A DNA stretch of 64,000 bases. Origin: Octopus sinensis. Taxonomy: Eukaryota. The position numbers and the translations under genes were made by a program. The notes under the pieces are model-generated. The model did not search any database and was not told the DNA's origin. It worked only from the letters and a program-made list of their open reading frames with translations. Within the stretch, counting starts at the first letter, position 1; each line of letters starts with the position of its first letter. Shown one piece after another: positions 40,445 through 53,000 of this stretch. The stretch covers positions 23,374,001 through 23,438,000 of the forward strand of contig NC_043004.1 in assembly GCF_006345805.1 (NCBI RefSeq), read 5' to 3'.

Positions 40445-42401
40445 GGCAGGCTGGTTTCTTTCAGTTTCTGTGTACCATATCCACTCACAAGGCTTGCTCA
40501 AGGCGGCATGCAGTGTGGCATAACTGAAGGCAACATGGTTTTGAAACAAGCATCTTAAATACAGTCATGCCTGTGCCTAGCCTTTTTTTCTTTTCTTTTT
40601 TTTTTTTCTTGCAAAATCCAAAGAACTTTGAGCATTTCAGACATAATAACCCATCTTAACTGATGTATAAAAACATAAAACATGAAATGTTTTGCAGCTG
40701 ATGATTTAATGTATCAAAAAATATCAGAGATTACTAATGACAACTGAAAGAGGTAAAACCAGCATACTGGCATATTAAATCATAAAAGTTATTCTGTTTC
40801 CATGGATTTTAGTATTGTAAATGAAAGTATCTCCAGACAAGGTAATAGATAGTATTTGGCAAATTCATTATGATATTGGTTTGTTGGCTGTATAGTAAAT
40901 AGGTACCAGTTTTGTTATGTGGCTGACAAAACTCCTCTACTTAATATAAATGAATATCATGTCAGGATTACATATAGTATTTAATCCTTTAGTATCTAAA
41001 CTGGTCATATCTAGCCAAAAAATTCTACCTGTTTTGTGTGCAAACAGGCGATATCCAGCCTCTCACGCCTACCCTACAATGTCATTCTAAAAATAAACTC
41101 TCGATCATCAAAACTTTTGAAGTTACAAGATAATGCATTTTTAATTCAAAACAATATGAATAAATAACACTGGTCTGCATTTCCTCTGTTACATAAGGAT
41201 GTTGAATAAAATACAAATTAATGATAATAAAAAATGTGAATTTTTAATAAATTGCTACTTTATTTATTAATTCATAATAGAATATAGGATAAAAAGCACA
41301 TTAGTGATCTTTATCAGGTAGTCAGCATGCTATAACAATTTATAGGCAATTTATACGCTAAATTAATAATAACATTTGTATATTATTATTAATTTAATGT
41401 ATAAATTGTTACTTTATTCAAATGAAGCAATTAATCAAGGAAAAGCACATTCTGTTAGTTTTAAGAACATATGTTTTCCAAAATGAACCACGTTCATGAA
41501 ATGAATCCGAATTATCAACATCAAACCAAATGAATGTAAAAAAATATGCTCCTAATGGTTAGCCTACATATTGATTCAAAGGAAGGAGGACTGCTTTCAC
41601 TTCTGCTTGTGCTGTGCATTGGGACAATCACGTTTCAATGACCAGCAGTAATCCACCATCATGCTGACGTTCCATTTGCCCTGGTATCAGGTTTCCATGA
41701 TGCAAATATCTAGTGGAACCACTCTCCTTGTTCCTCACCGTAGTCCCCACAATTCTTGGGAAAATAGTGAAGATACGAGTGCAAAAAATGCATCTTCACA
41801 CTCATTCTAGACTCAAGTTGTTCGAAATTTGATATCAAGTCTTGGATCATTTTTTCATATTCTGGGGAGTGGCTGTTTCTCCAAGAAGTTTTGGAGAATC
41901 TTCTTGAAGGAAAACCAGGCATTCACTTCGACACCTGCTAATGCTTCCTCAAAATGCTTGTCCCTCATCAATTCCCAAATCTGAGGGCCAACAAAGATTC
42001 CTGCTTTTAGCTTGCCTTCACTTATATGCATATATGTGTGCATGTATCTTTGTGTTGTGTTCGTCCCCCACTAACATTTGACCACTAGTATTGGTTTGTT
42101 TATGCCCCTTTTAACTTAGCAACTTAGTAGAAGTGACCAATAGTATAAGTAGCAAGCTTAAAATAGTACAGGGATCGATTTGTTCAATTAAACCCAGTAT
42201 GTCCACAGCCCAATGACTGAAGTAAATAAGAAATAAAAGATACAGAGTGTAAATAGGTGCAGGTATGGATTTGTAATTAAGAAGTCTGTTTTTAACCCAT
42301 GATTTGACTTCATTATTATTGAACATTGGGCAAATTAGAAATATCTTCTAGTATTACGCCTTGTGGGGAACTTGGTAGAAGGAAACTATGCAGAAGCCTA
42401 T

Positions 42402-42470
<69 letters not shown>

Positions 42471-45400
42471 AGGAGAGAATCTATGTATATCTTTCTTCAT
42501 ATCATGTCTTTATTTGACACTGTTTTACAACTAGCTTTAATTGTACACCATTACACATATAACTAAAAGGTTAATCAAAAATAGAAGCCACTAGAATAAG
42601 TATCAAATTTTGAAAACAAAAATATATTGTAACTGATATGCATACTTGCTCATGGATGCACACACAGACACATATATTTTTATATTTAACTTGAGTGATT
42701 CATGTTCAAGTTTCATACCACTGTGATCTTTAGGCAAAGGGAATTCTTGCCTGAAGATTGCAGTAGCATGAAACTGAAATTGAGACAAACATTCAGTTTA
42801 AATAAAACCATATTCTCTAGAAAATGTACTGAGTGCTCCTTTCTCATTCATCCAGCATAACTCACTGTATATACTTATGTGTGTGTACATGTGTATGTAC
42901 ATGTGTGTGTGTGCATATATGTAGATGTGGGGCGGTGCAATGGCCCAGTGGTTAGGGCAGCGGACTCGCGATCATAGGATCGCGGTTTCGATCCCCAGAC
43001 CGGGCGTTGTGAGTGTTTATTGAGCGAAATCACCTAAAGCCCCACGAGGCTCCGGCAGGGGATGGTGGTGATCCCTGCTGTACTCTTTCACCACAACTTT
43101 CTCTCACTCTTACTTCCTGTTTCTGTTGTACCTGTATTTCAAAGGGCCGGGCTTGTCATTCTCTGTGTCACGCTGAATATCCCCGAGCACTACGTTAAGG
43201 GTACACGTGTCTGTGGAGTGCTCAGCCACTTACACATTAATTTCACGAGCAGGCTGTTCCGTTGATTCGGATCAACCGGAACCCTCGCCGTCGTAACCGA
43301 CGGAGTGCTTCCATCCATCTTCCATATGTAGATGTGCATGGTTTAGTGGTTACAATGTTACACTCATGATTGTAAGATTTTAGTTTTGATTCCTGGACTG
43401 GGTTCTCCAGTAAAAACACTTCATTTCATGTTGCTCCACTCAGCTCAACTGACAAAAATTAAGTAATTCTGCAACAGACACTGAATGAATATATACACTA
43501 CAGTATCCAGGAAATTGACCTTAAAAACCTAAGACTTGGGAAGGAGCTTTGATCCTTTATTTCTTGCATGTATTTATATATATGTCAGCAGTGACAATTT
43601 TATCTTGTATCGAAGAATTTATTTTCTTCTTTACCAAACACTTCTTTTATGGTGATGGCATTGATGACTAAGTAGACCAATTCTTGCTGAGAAGGGTCAA
43701 TGGCTTTGATTGCATGGTAATCTTGGTAGAAGATTAGGTTGAATTTGTTGAGCCTTTCTCTCCCATCATTTGATTTCTTCCATTCCCCTTCTGGTAACTT
43801 TGAAGGTTTTGTTGGTTCCAGTGGTGATGAAACACCACAACTTTGTACAGTCTCAGATTTGTTTCAAATGATTTAGGACCAATTCCAATAACTTTCAGTG
43901 TTGTTCTGAGTTGGTGGTCTTATTCCTGAAGTGAGTTTGCTGACTAAAACTTGGTGAGGCAACTGTTTGATTTGGTGACAGTTAGTAAACTATTTAAAAC
44001 TATTCTAAATATATATTAAAAAAACAACTTATAAACAAAGATTGAAATCTGTTCCTATCATAACAAGGTAACATTATGTTACTGTTAAGGGATTTTGTGA
44101 TATTTATTATCCTGAATACTTCAGCTCTTTTTATTCCATGCAGCTGATGTCTCCAACATCCATAACAACCTACCTACATATTAGTTGAGTCACAAGAAAT
44201 TATTGAATGACTAACAGAAGACAAAATCAATAGTATTGATTTTGTCTCAGTCCATTGGCACCAGTCCTATAAAATATCTCTTTAAGATCTCACTTAATGT
44301 TATTTTATTAGAAAGAGCTGGACAACTTCACTCCAACTGATCTAAAACAGAGATAAACCAATCAAATGTAGCTGGAGGTAAGTTAGTAGTGACATATTTA
44401 ATGTAGGAAAATAAAAAAAGAAAGCAAGAAATAATGATGTGGAAAGATAGATGGATTGATAGACAGAGGTAGATAGATAGATAAATAGATAGGTAGGTAG
44501 ATAGATAGATAGGTAGGTAGGTAGATAGATAGATAGGCAGGTAGGTAGGTCGATATTTAAATAAATGGATGGATGAATGGAATGACATTTGAAAGGAATA
44601 ATGAGCTCACACACATGTATACACGCACACACACACACATGCACGCGCGCATCTGTTGATTCACCTGAAGCGATAACTTACAAAACTCAATGCAGAAGTG
44701 TAGAATGTTCTTTTAATACATTACAACTGAAAGCCTCCTCATTCCAATACTCTAAGTTACACATTTCCAATCACTCAGCAAATAATCCAGACCTGCTTTT
44801 CTTTTGAAATTTAGTTCATTGAATGCATCTTTGAAATATTATATGAAATTTTTGAAGAAGATGCTTATCTTGATGTTCATTTTTTAAGAAAAAATCCATC
44901 CTTGTGTGTGATGCATACAAAAATGGTTGCTTCAAGCTCATGTTTTCCATTTCATTTCTGGTTCTCATGGGAATATTCCAAATATCTTGAACTTCATACA
45001 AATGAGGTCACTCTAATAGCTTTTCTTACGAAATTGCATCACTAAGTAATATTTTGAATTAATACTTTCAAGTAATATTTTTAAAACGATTAATGTGTTT
45101 GTATTTTGTGTGTGTGTGTGTGTTTCCTGCATGTCTCTCTATACGCATATATAGCTACACACATAAATACATGTGTACACACAAATGCATATATATATAT
45201 CTGTGTGTGTGTGTGTAAAAACAACACAAATGGGCTGAGGTTCACTACAGCTGTTTCAGATGTGTTCTTTATTGATGAACAAAAGAATGACATCATTACC
45301 TTGGTGCCATTCTTATTTAAATACCTTGATTCTTGACACTTTTATTTTGTGTGTGTGTGTGTGTGTAAATAGAAACATTATTGTTCCTAAATCACTCAAT

Positions 45401-45564
45401 GAGAGATATTCAGTAACAGTACTTTAAAGTAAAGATTATTTGCCAACCTAATGCGGCAGTCCCGTTTGGGACAAATGCTACTGTTGTCTCCTGGGGCCAA
45501 ATTACAGTAGCATTCGCTCTAAACGGGATTACCACATTAGGTTGGCAAATAATCTTTACTTTGC

Positions 45565-45611
<47 letters not shown>

Positions 45612-46554
45612 TAGACAGAAAGACAGACAGGCAGATATTGTTTAATGAACACAGTATGTATTTTTATGTGCCACTAATAGTTTCATGCAATGAAAATGAT
45701 ATGTATAGCATTTTATAGCACATCTGGTGCCTTTGTGCAATCTTCAGGCTGTGCTCACATGACATGTACATACTAAAACAAGATGACAGAATAAAAGAAA
45801 ATATGAGAAAAGGCGAGATGAAAGTAGATGTAAAAGCTGGAAAGGTGAAAACACCAGAAAACAAAAAAAAAAAACAGAAAAAAAGAGGGGAAATTAGAAT
45901 TATGTCAAAAGGAACATAACTCATATAATTATATATATATATATATATGATGCGATAATTCAGTGCCTGACAATTCAGCTCAGGGATCTTATTGAACTTA
46001 GGTAAAGGTTATTTGGGGATGAAAAGAAAAAAAAGAGGAAAAGTTTCAATTACTTATTTAAAAACATGTAAAGATGAAAAATACAAAAAGAATTAAAAAT
46101 GCTAAATTCCTACTTTTGGAGTTTAATTTGATAACTAATTGCTCATAAATATTCTAGTTTGCCGACATATGATATTCTGAAGCTTTTTATTTATGGCAGA
46201 ATATGATCATTCATACTTTGAATGCTTTATAGTGTTTTGGTCAGCATTGCTGTGTTTGTAGGTTGCATGTGCATGTGTTTTAGACATACAACCAGCACCA
46301 ATATAGTGTAATAATAAATTACATATATTACATGTGCTGAATTATCCAGAGCTGAATTGTCAGTACTCCATTCGCCACTACACACATTTTTTTCTCTCCT
46401 TGTTTCTCTCCTTGTTTTTTCTGTGTTCCTTTCTGTAGAAGAACGTAGGCTCGAAACGTAAAAGACTTTTTCTATTCCTGAGCGTTATACTAATACATCT
46501 GTTTGTTTTGTACACCACCCATTTTCCTCTTTTGTTTTTTTCGTAAACTCTCCC

Positions 46555-46589
<35 letters not shown>

Positions 46590-47006
46590 ATATATACAGG
46601 GTAGCCCAAATGTAGGATTACACGTAGGCACTTAAAATTTTTTAAAAACATTTTATTACATTTGAAATTTCTATCTTACAAGCTGAAAAGGGAGCTTGAC
46701 GAAATTAACTAAATTAGCATAGAATAATGGTTTCATATTTTTTATAATTAAGATATACACTGTTAATAAATGAATGCAAAAGAGATAGTTGAATAACTGT
46801 ACACTTACTTTTGGGCCACCCTGTATGTGTGTGTGCGTGTGTGTGTATATATAGGCGTAGGCATGGCTGTGTGGTAAGAAGCTTGCTTCCCAACCACATG
46901 TTTCAGAGTTCAGTCCCACTGCATAGCACCTTGGGCTAGTGTCTTCTATTATAGCCAACCAAAGCCTTGTGAGTGGATTTATTAGACAGAAACTGAAAGA
47001 AAACTG

Positions 47007-47041
<35 letters not shown>

Positions 47042-50000
47042 GTGTGTGTGTATGTATGTATGTATGTATGTATGTATGTATGTATGCATGCATGCATGTC
47101 TGTCCCCCACCATCACTTGACAACTGATGTTGGTGTGTTTACGTCCCTGTAACTCAGCAGTTCCACAAAAGAAACCGATAGAATAAACACATGCACATTA
47201 CAAAGAATAAGTCCTGGTGTCAATTTGTTTGACTAAAAGAGGTGCACCAGCGTGGCTTCAGTCAAATGACTGAAACAAGTAAAAGAATAAAACAGTATAT
47301 GCATAAAGATATGCATATATATACATATATGTATGCATGAATATATATGTGTATGTGTGACGTGTGTGAGTGTGTTTTTGAAAGTCATGTTTGTGAAAGT
47401 ATTGTTTTTTGATTTTGTAAGCATGTGCATGAGTGTTTTTCCATATGTCTAACACTCATAGACATGCTTAAAGAATTAAAAAACAACACAACACCCATGA
47501 CTTTCACACTCAGAATTGCTGAAGCATGGAATAAACTACCTGCATCAGTTGTTAACTATAGAGACACTACATCCTTTGAAACTTCTGTGCTTCCTAAAAT
47601 TCACCAACAGTACACCTGATGCCTCTCACATCCCTCCTCTGTTTTTTTTTAAGAATTATTCACTGTTCACTACCTGTGCATATTCTATACATTATCCATG
47701 AAATTTTGGTTATTTTTTCTGATGTGTAGTAGTGCACTTGAGCTCTGTATATGATAAGTTCATTATTATTTATTATGTCTAGTCTATATATATAAATATA
47801 CTAGCAGTATCGCCCGGCGTTGCTCGGGTTTGTAAGGGAAATAACTATATAAGCATTTTTAGAGAGTTACTTCCCTTATAGATGCCAATTCGGGCTTTCT
47901 TAGCCATTTCTGTTTTGGTGTCTTCAAGCCATGAAGTCGTTGTTCTAAAAGAACGCTGGTCTCCTTGACAACACATTACGACGTTGATTTCTTTACACTC
48001 CCTTCCCCACAGCTTCACGAGGGAGGGAAGAAGGGGGAGAAGCAAACAGGTGCAGGTGTGACCATGGACGACAACTCCACCGCCATCGACACACGAAAAA
48101 TTATGCATTAAAATGGAATAAAAAATGATGTTAAATTATTTTTAAAATCGTAGACTCATCGTTGACGCGCGCTAATAGCCAGACGGGCTCGATATGAATC
48201 ACGACTATAAGATACCCGAATTTGGTTAAACTGCACCGCAAAATGTAGGAGGAGTTAGGAATCTAAATCGAAGGGGACAGACACTCACACAACTAGAGTT
48301 TTATATATATAGACTAGCAGTATCGCCCGGCGTTGCTCGGGTTTGTAAGGGAAATAACTATATAAGCATTTTTAGAGAGTTACTTCCCTTATAAATTCGG
48401 GCTTTCTTAGCCATTTTTGTTTTGGTGTCTTCAAGCCATGAAGTCGTTGTTCTAAAAGAACGCTGGTTTCCTTCACAACGCATTACGACGTTGATTTCTT
48501 TACACTCCCTTCCCCACAGCTTCACGAGGGAGGGAAGGGGGAGAAGCAAACAGGTGCAGCTTTGAGCATGGACGCCAACTCCGCCGCCATCGACATATGA
48601 TGCATTTTATGCATTAAAATGGAATAAAAAATGATGTTAAATTATTTTTAAAATCGTAGACTCATCGTTGACGCGCGCTAATAGTCAGACGGGCTCGATA
48701 TGAATCACGACTATAAGATACCCGAATTTGGTTAAACTGCACCGCAAAATGTGGGAGGAGTTAGGAATCTAAATCGAAGGGGACAGACACTCACACAACT
48801 AGAGTTTTATATATATAGATATCAGGTGTTTTTCTTAGGAAACTCTTTTATGGACAGCAGTTGCCTGAATATCCTAAGAGAAGAGAATGTTTCAAATAGA
48901 CAGTTTGTAAATTCCATTTCTGTTGTAGAGTATGAAGAATAAAAACTGAAGATTAGAATTTAAGATATTACTTATATTTCATATTTGTGTGTGTGTGTGT
49001 GTACACATATATATGTATGTTTCTGTATGGTAGCATGATTATGAAGTTAGCTTGCCATAAATGTACATTATATTGATGATGATGATATGATGTAATGATA
49101 GTACTATAATTTCATCATCTCATCATCATCATCATCATCATCATCATCTTTGTCCTTATTATTGTCATCATGATCATCATGATCATCATCATCATTTTCA
49201 TTGATTTTCTTTTTTAGTCATTTCCACATGTCATCTTGAGCTGGAAGACATCTCACCACCTGACCCAATCCTTTCATTATCTGATGCAATACTGTAGTAG
49301 AGAGAGTTTATGATGATGGAGGTGGTAGTGGGGTTGGTGGTGGTGATGATGATGATGATGATGATGGGGTACAATGGTGATGATAATTAAAGCTGGTGGT
49401 GGTGGTGGCGGTTGTGTTTGTGGTAGGGATTGTGATGATGATTGTGATGATGAATTATGATTATGATGTTTGTGATGACGATGATGATGATGATGATTGT
49501 GATGATTTGTCATTTTTTTATTCATATCCATTAAGTATTGTCTGTATGTGTGTCTCTTTGTACCTACCTGTCTGTCTGTCTTTCTCTGTCTCTCTCTCTC
49601 TCTCTCCATCTCTGTCTGTCTCTTTGCCTCTGTCCCTCCCCTCTCTTGCTCTTTCCTTCTTTCACAATCCTATTTATCAATATGATACTTGAAATGCAAC
49701 AGTAAAAGTTAATGTAAAATAATAAAAGAATAAAAATAAATTAATGATGCTCATAAGTTGCATTGACATCAAGGAGACCAAAGTATACAAAAGATACATA
49801 CACACACACACACACACACTCATTATATAAATTTGTGTGTATGGGGGTGGTGCTGAAGCTGCATACTGTTACCTAAGTTTCATATGTACCATCTCTAAAT
49901 GAGCAACATAGTGTTCTGTAATAAAATGTCTCTTTGTCCAAAATCTTGAAAATGGAACATTTCATTTCATTACAGAAGGCTGTCATCTGAACAAGTGTAT

Positions 50001-53000
50001 AAATAAATAAAGATGCAAATATATATATGTGTGTGTGTGTGTCTGTGTGACTTTGCACATATGTGTGTTATTGTCTATATGTATATATGTGTGAGTCTGT
50101 TACTATTTGTATATACAAGGGTGTGCTGAAATGTTCCTGGCTTAGGGTTAAAATAAAATGCAAGAGAATCAGTTAATTATGATGTTATTCAATATATTCC
50201 CCTCTCAGGTTCACACGCTCATTGTGGTGGTAGTTCAGTTTTTCTAAGCCCTATAAAAGAGCTCAGAAGGTTGGGCCTTCAACCAGGCCTTTCACAATAC
50301 CCTTAAAGCCAGAAGCTTTTCAGCACCCCCCACCTCATATGTGTACTTAATGGTGTGATTATATAAAAAAAAAACTAAAAAGTAATGATTTTTATAAACA
50401 AAGCTTCAATATGTGTTTTAAAAGACACTCTTATGTCTATCATTGTCTATTTGTTAATCAATCAATAAATGTTTGTGTCACTTCAGGACCTGTGTGCAGT
50501 GGTGTTGTTGGCTTAAAAATGCCACGCTATTGTTTATTTGGAGACACAGTGAATACTTGCTCAAGGATGGAATCAAATGGACTTCGTAAGACAATTTATT
50601 CTACTTTATTGACTGCTTTTTTTATTTATATATTTGCTTAATTATTTGTATTTTGTATTTATCTTTTATCATTTACGTGTTTCTGTCACTGAACAGTGGC
50701 CATACTGGAGCATTACCTTGAAGGATTTAGTTTAACAAATTGATCCCAGTACTTTCTTTTAAACCTGGTACTTATTCTGTCAGTCTTTTTTGCTGAACTG
50801 CTAAGTTACTGGGATGTAAGCTAATTAACACTGGTTGTCAAGTAGGAGAGATGGGAGACAAACACAAAGACACACACACATATACCATAGGCTTCCACAC
50901 ACACTCCATCTACCAAATCCACTGACAAGGTATTGTTCAGCGTCGCACTATAGCAGAAAAAACTTGCTGAGTGTCCACATGAAACTAGGGCTAACTAAAG
51001 GCGGAACACATGAAACTAGGGCTAACTAAAGGCCTGAAAATGAGTTTGGACATTTAGGACAGATGTATGAAAATGCTTTGGACAAGCGAAGGATTAAATA
51101 AAATCTATTAAGTGTAACTGATGAGATCAGAATAAAACAAAGTTCAGGTCTTATTGTAATTGTTGGTGGGAAGATTTGCAACATTTACTTTCCAGTCTAT
51201 TATTTATTTGGTTACACACCAGATGAATCATGATCACATAGGCCTTTTATACTGAGGCAGTTAATTTCTCATTGCTTGTTTTGCTTTTTATGGCAATGTA
51301 ATTAAGCTGTGGCCCTAAAATGGGAAACCTAGTAAGGTGTTTCAAAATTCAACAGAAGCCATGCTTCCAAGTCAGGGAAATGTCATGCTGAGAAGAATAT
51401 GTGAAACAGTCACTGAAAGATAGCAAATGTTTCATTATGTGCTGCATATGCCTATGAAGAAACCAGTGAGAGCTTCTCTCAATTGGAAGCCAAAGATAAG
51501 TGGAAGCATAGAAGGTGATACAGATCTATTGACATTAGGTTGAGGACTAAGTAGGTCCTGACAGATTGGATGTGTTAGCCTAGGAGGAGGTTCACAAAAG
51601 AGGTTGTAACCATGTTGGGTGAAGATTTCTCATTGTCTGTTGCTCCTTCATAAGTGACAGAAACTAAAGATTAACACTTAGATAATTATGTAGTTCGACA
51701 AATAGATAGATATTTGTGTTAATGTTAACATATCTAATACAGGGAACATTACAGTAATGATTATGAATAAGTAAGTGGTGAGAATAGAGTGATACTATTC
51801 GATACAGTTTTTAGTTTTCTGGTAAATATGAAAGTGGACTAATGAGTAGTATCCGGCTTGCTCTAACTTCATCAACAAAGCACAGCATTCACTGACCTAA
51901 TGATTAATGACCCAGACCCACTATGTGTATTTACAAAGTTATTCATTTATTTTTAATGTCTTAGTCCAGAAGAAGAATAACTCCCATGAATTATTCTTTA
52001 AGTCTACTTTAAAGAATAGTTTTCATGGATTATTTCAAGGATTCTTTGATCGAGGTGAGGAAGGGAGGAAGTTATTGACCAGCAAACTCGGATTTCACTA
52101 AAGGCAGCTAAAGTCTAGGTTGTAGAGGTATTAAAGCAAGTCATTGATTAAATCTACAATTGTTGACATAGAAAACAGAATTGTTTAGAAACTAGATAAC
52201 ACTGTGTAACATGATATTTGTCCTTGGGTAGCAACTCTTATTTCCTGTTTGGTTACCCCTAGAAAGTATGAAAAATGGCTAATATTTCTTTCAAGCTTTT
52301 CTTTTGTTATGATATTTTTTCGAACCTGAAAGAATCGCTCTCAACACATGGGTACGATGCTTCCTTACTACTCCTGCTCATGATCAGAGGTGCACTTACT
52401 TGTACTTGTGGCGACATTAACTCTGGGCAGGTTGAGTCGGCTTCTTCTACCACCCTCGAGGCATCTCGAACCGTGACAGCCCACGCACGACTGTCCTGCG
52501 CCAGTTCACTGGAGATAGCAAGCCAGTCACGGTTCCATCGATGCAAGTCGACCACCTGCGGTCCCGTGAGCACGGAGAGGTCCTTCTTGATCGTCATAAC
52601 CCAGGTCTTCAGCTGTCCGCCCACACGTTTCCGCCAGTTGGGAAGTGGAGTTGGGAGAAGGACATCACGGCTCAGTTCACCCACCGGATGCCTACATGCA
52701 TGGCCAAACCACTGCAAGTGCTGTTGCAGAAGGACAGAGGTGCACATATTGTTAGCCTCTAAGGAACATGCTCAAGTGGTTAAGGCCAAGCAACTGACAA
52801 GCAAATCTGGTATTAAGCCGAATGTTTACTATAACAATATTTCTGCTTCAGCAACTCAGTGCTGAATCTGCCTGAAATGTAATGGGAAGTAGGTCAGTTT
52901 CAAAATATTGATGTCCAGGTCACAAAAGCAGAGTTTGTAGGGAATGGTAGTCATTTCCTTTGATTTCTAGATAGAAGCAAATAGGAAATAACACTTACTA

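Noticed and set aside
42940-43005. Functional tRNA gene
   Set aside because: Acceptor stem does not close, and the head continues into a SINE body with a TSD
44700-45050. ~75-codon open frame ([18 protein letters not shown]...)
   Set aside because: No recognisable family, no start or splice support, and stops nearby in all frames
45245-45300. gaaacagctgta half-motif on the minus strand
   Set aside because: No CUGANGA partner at a suitable position
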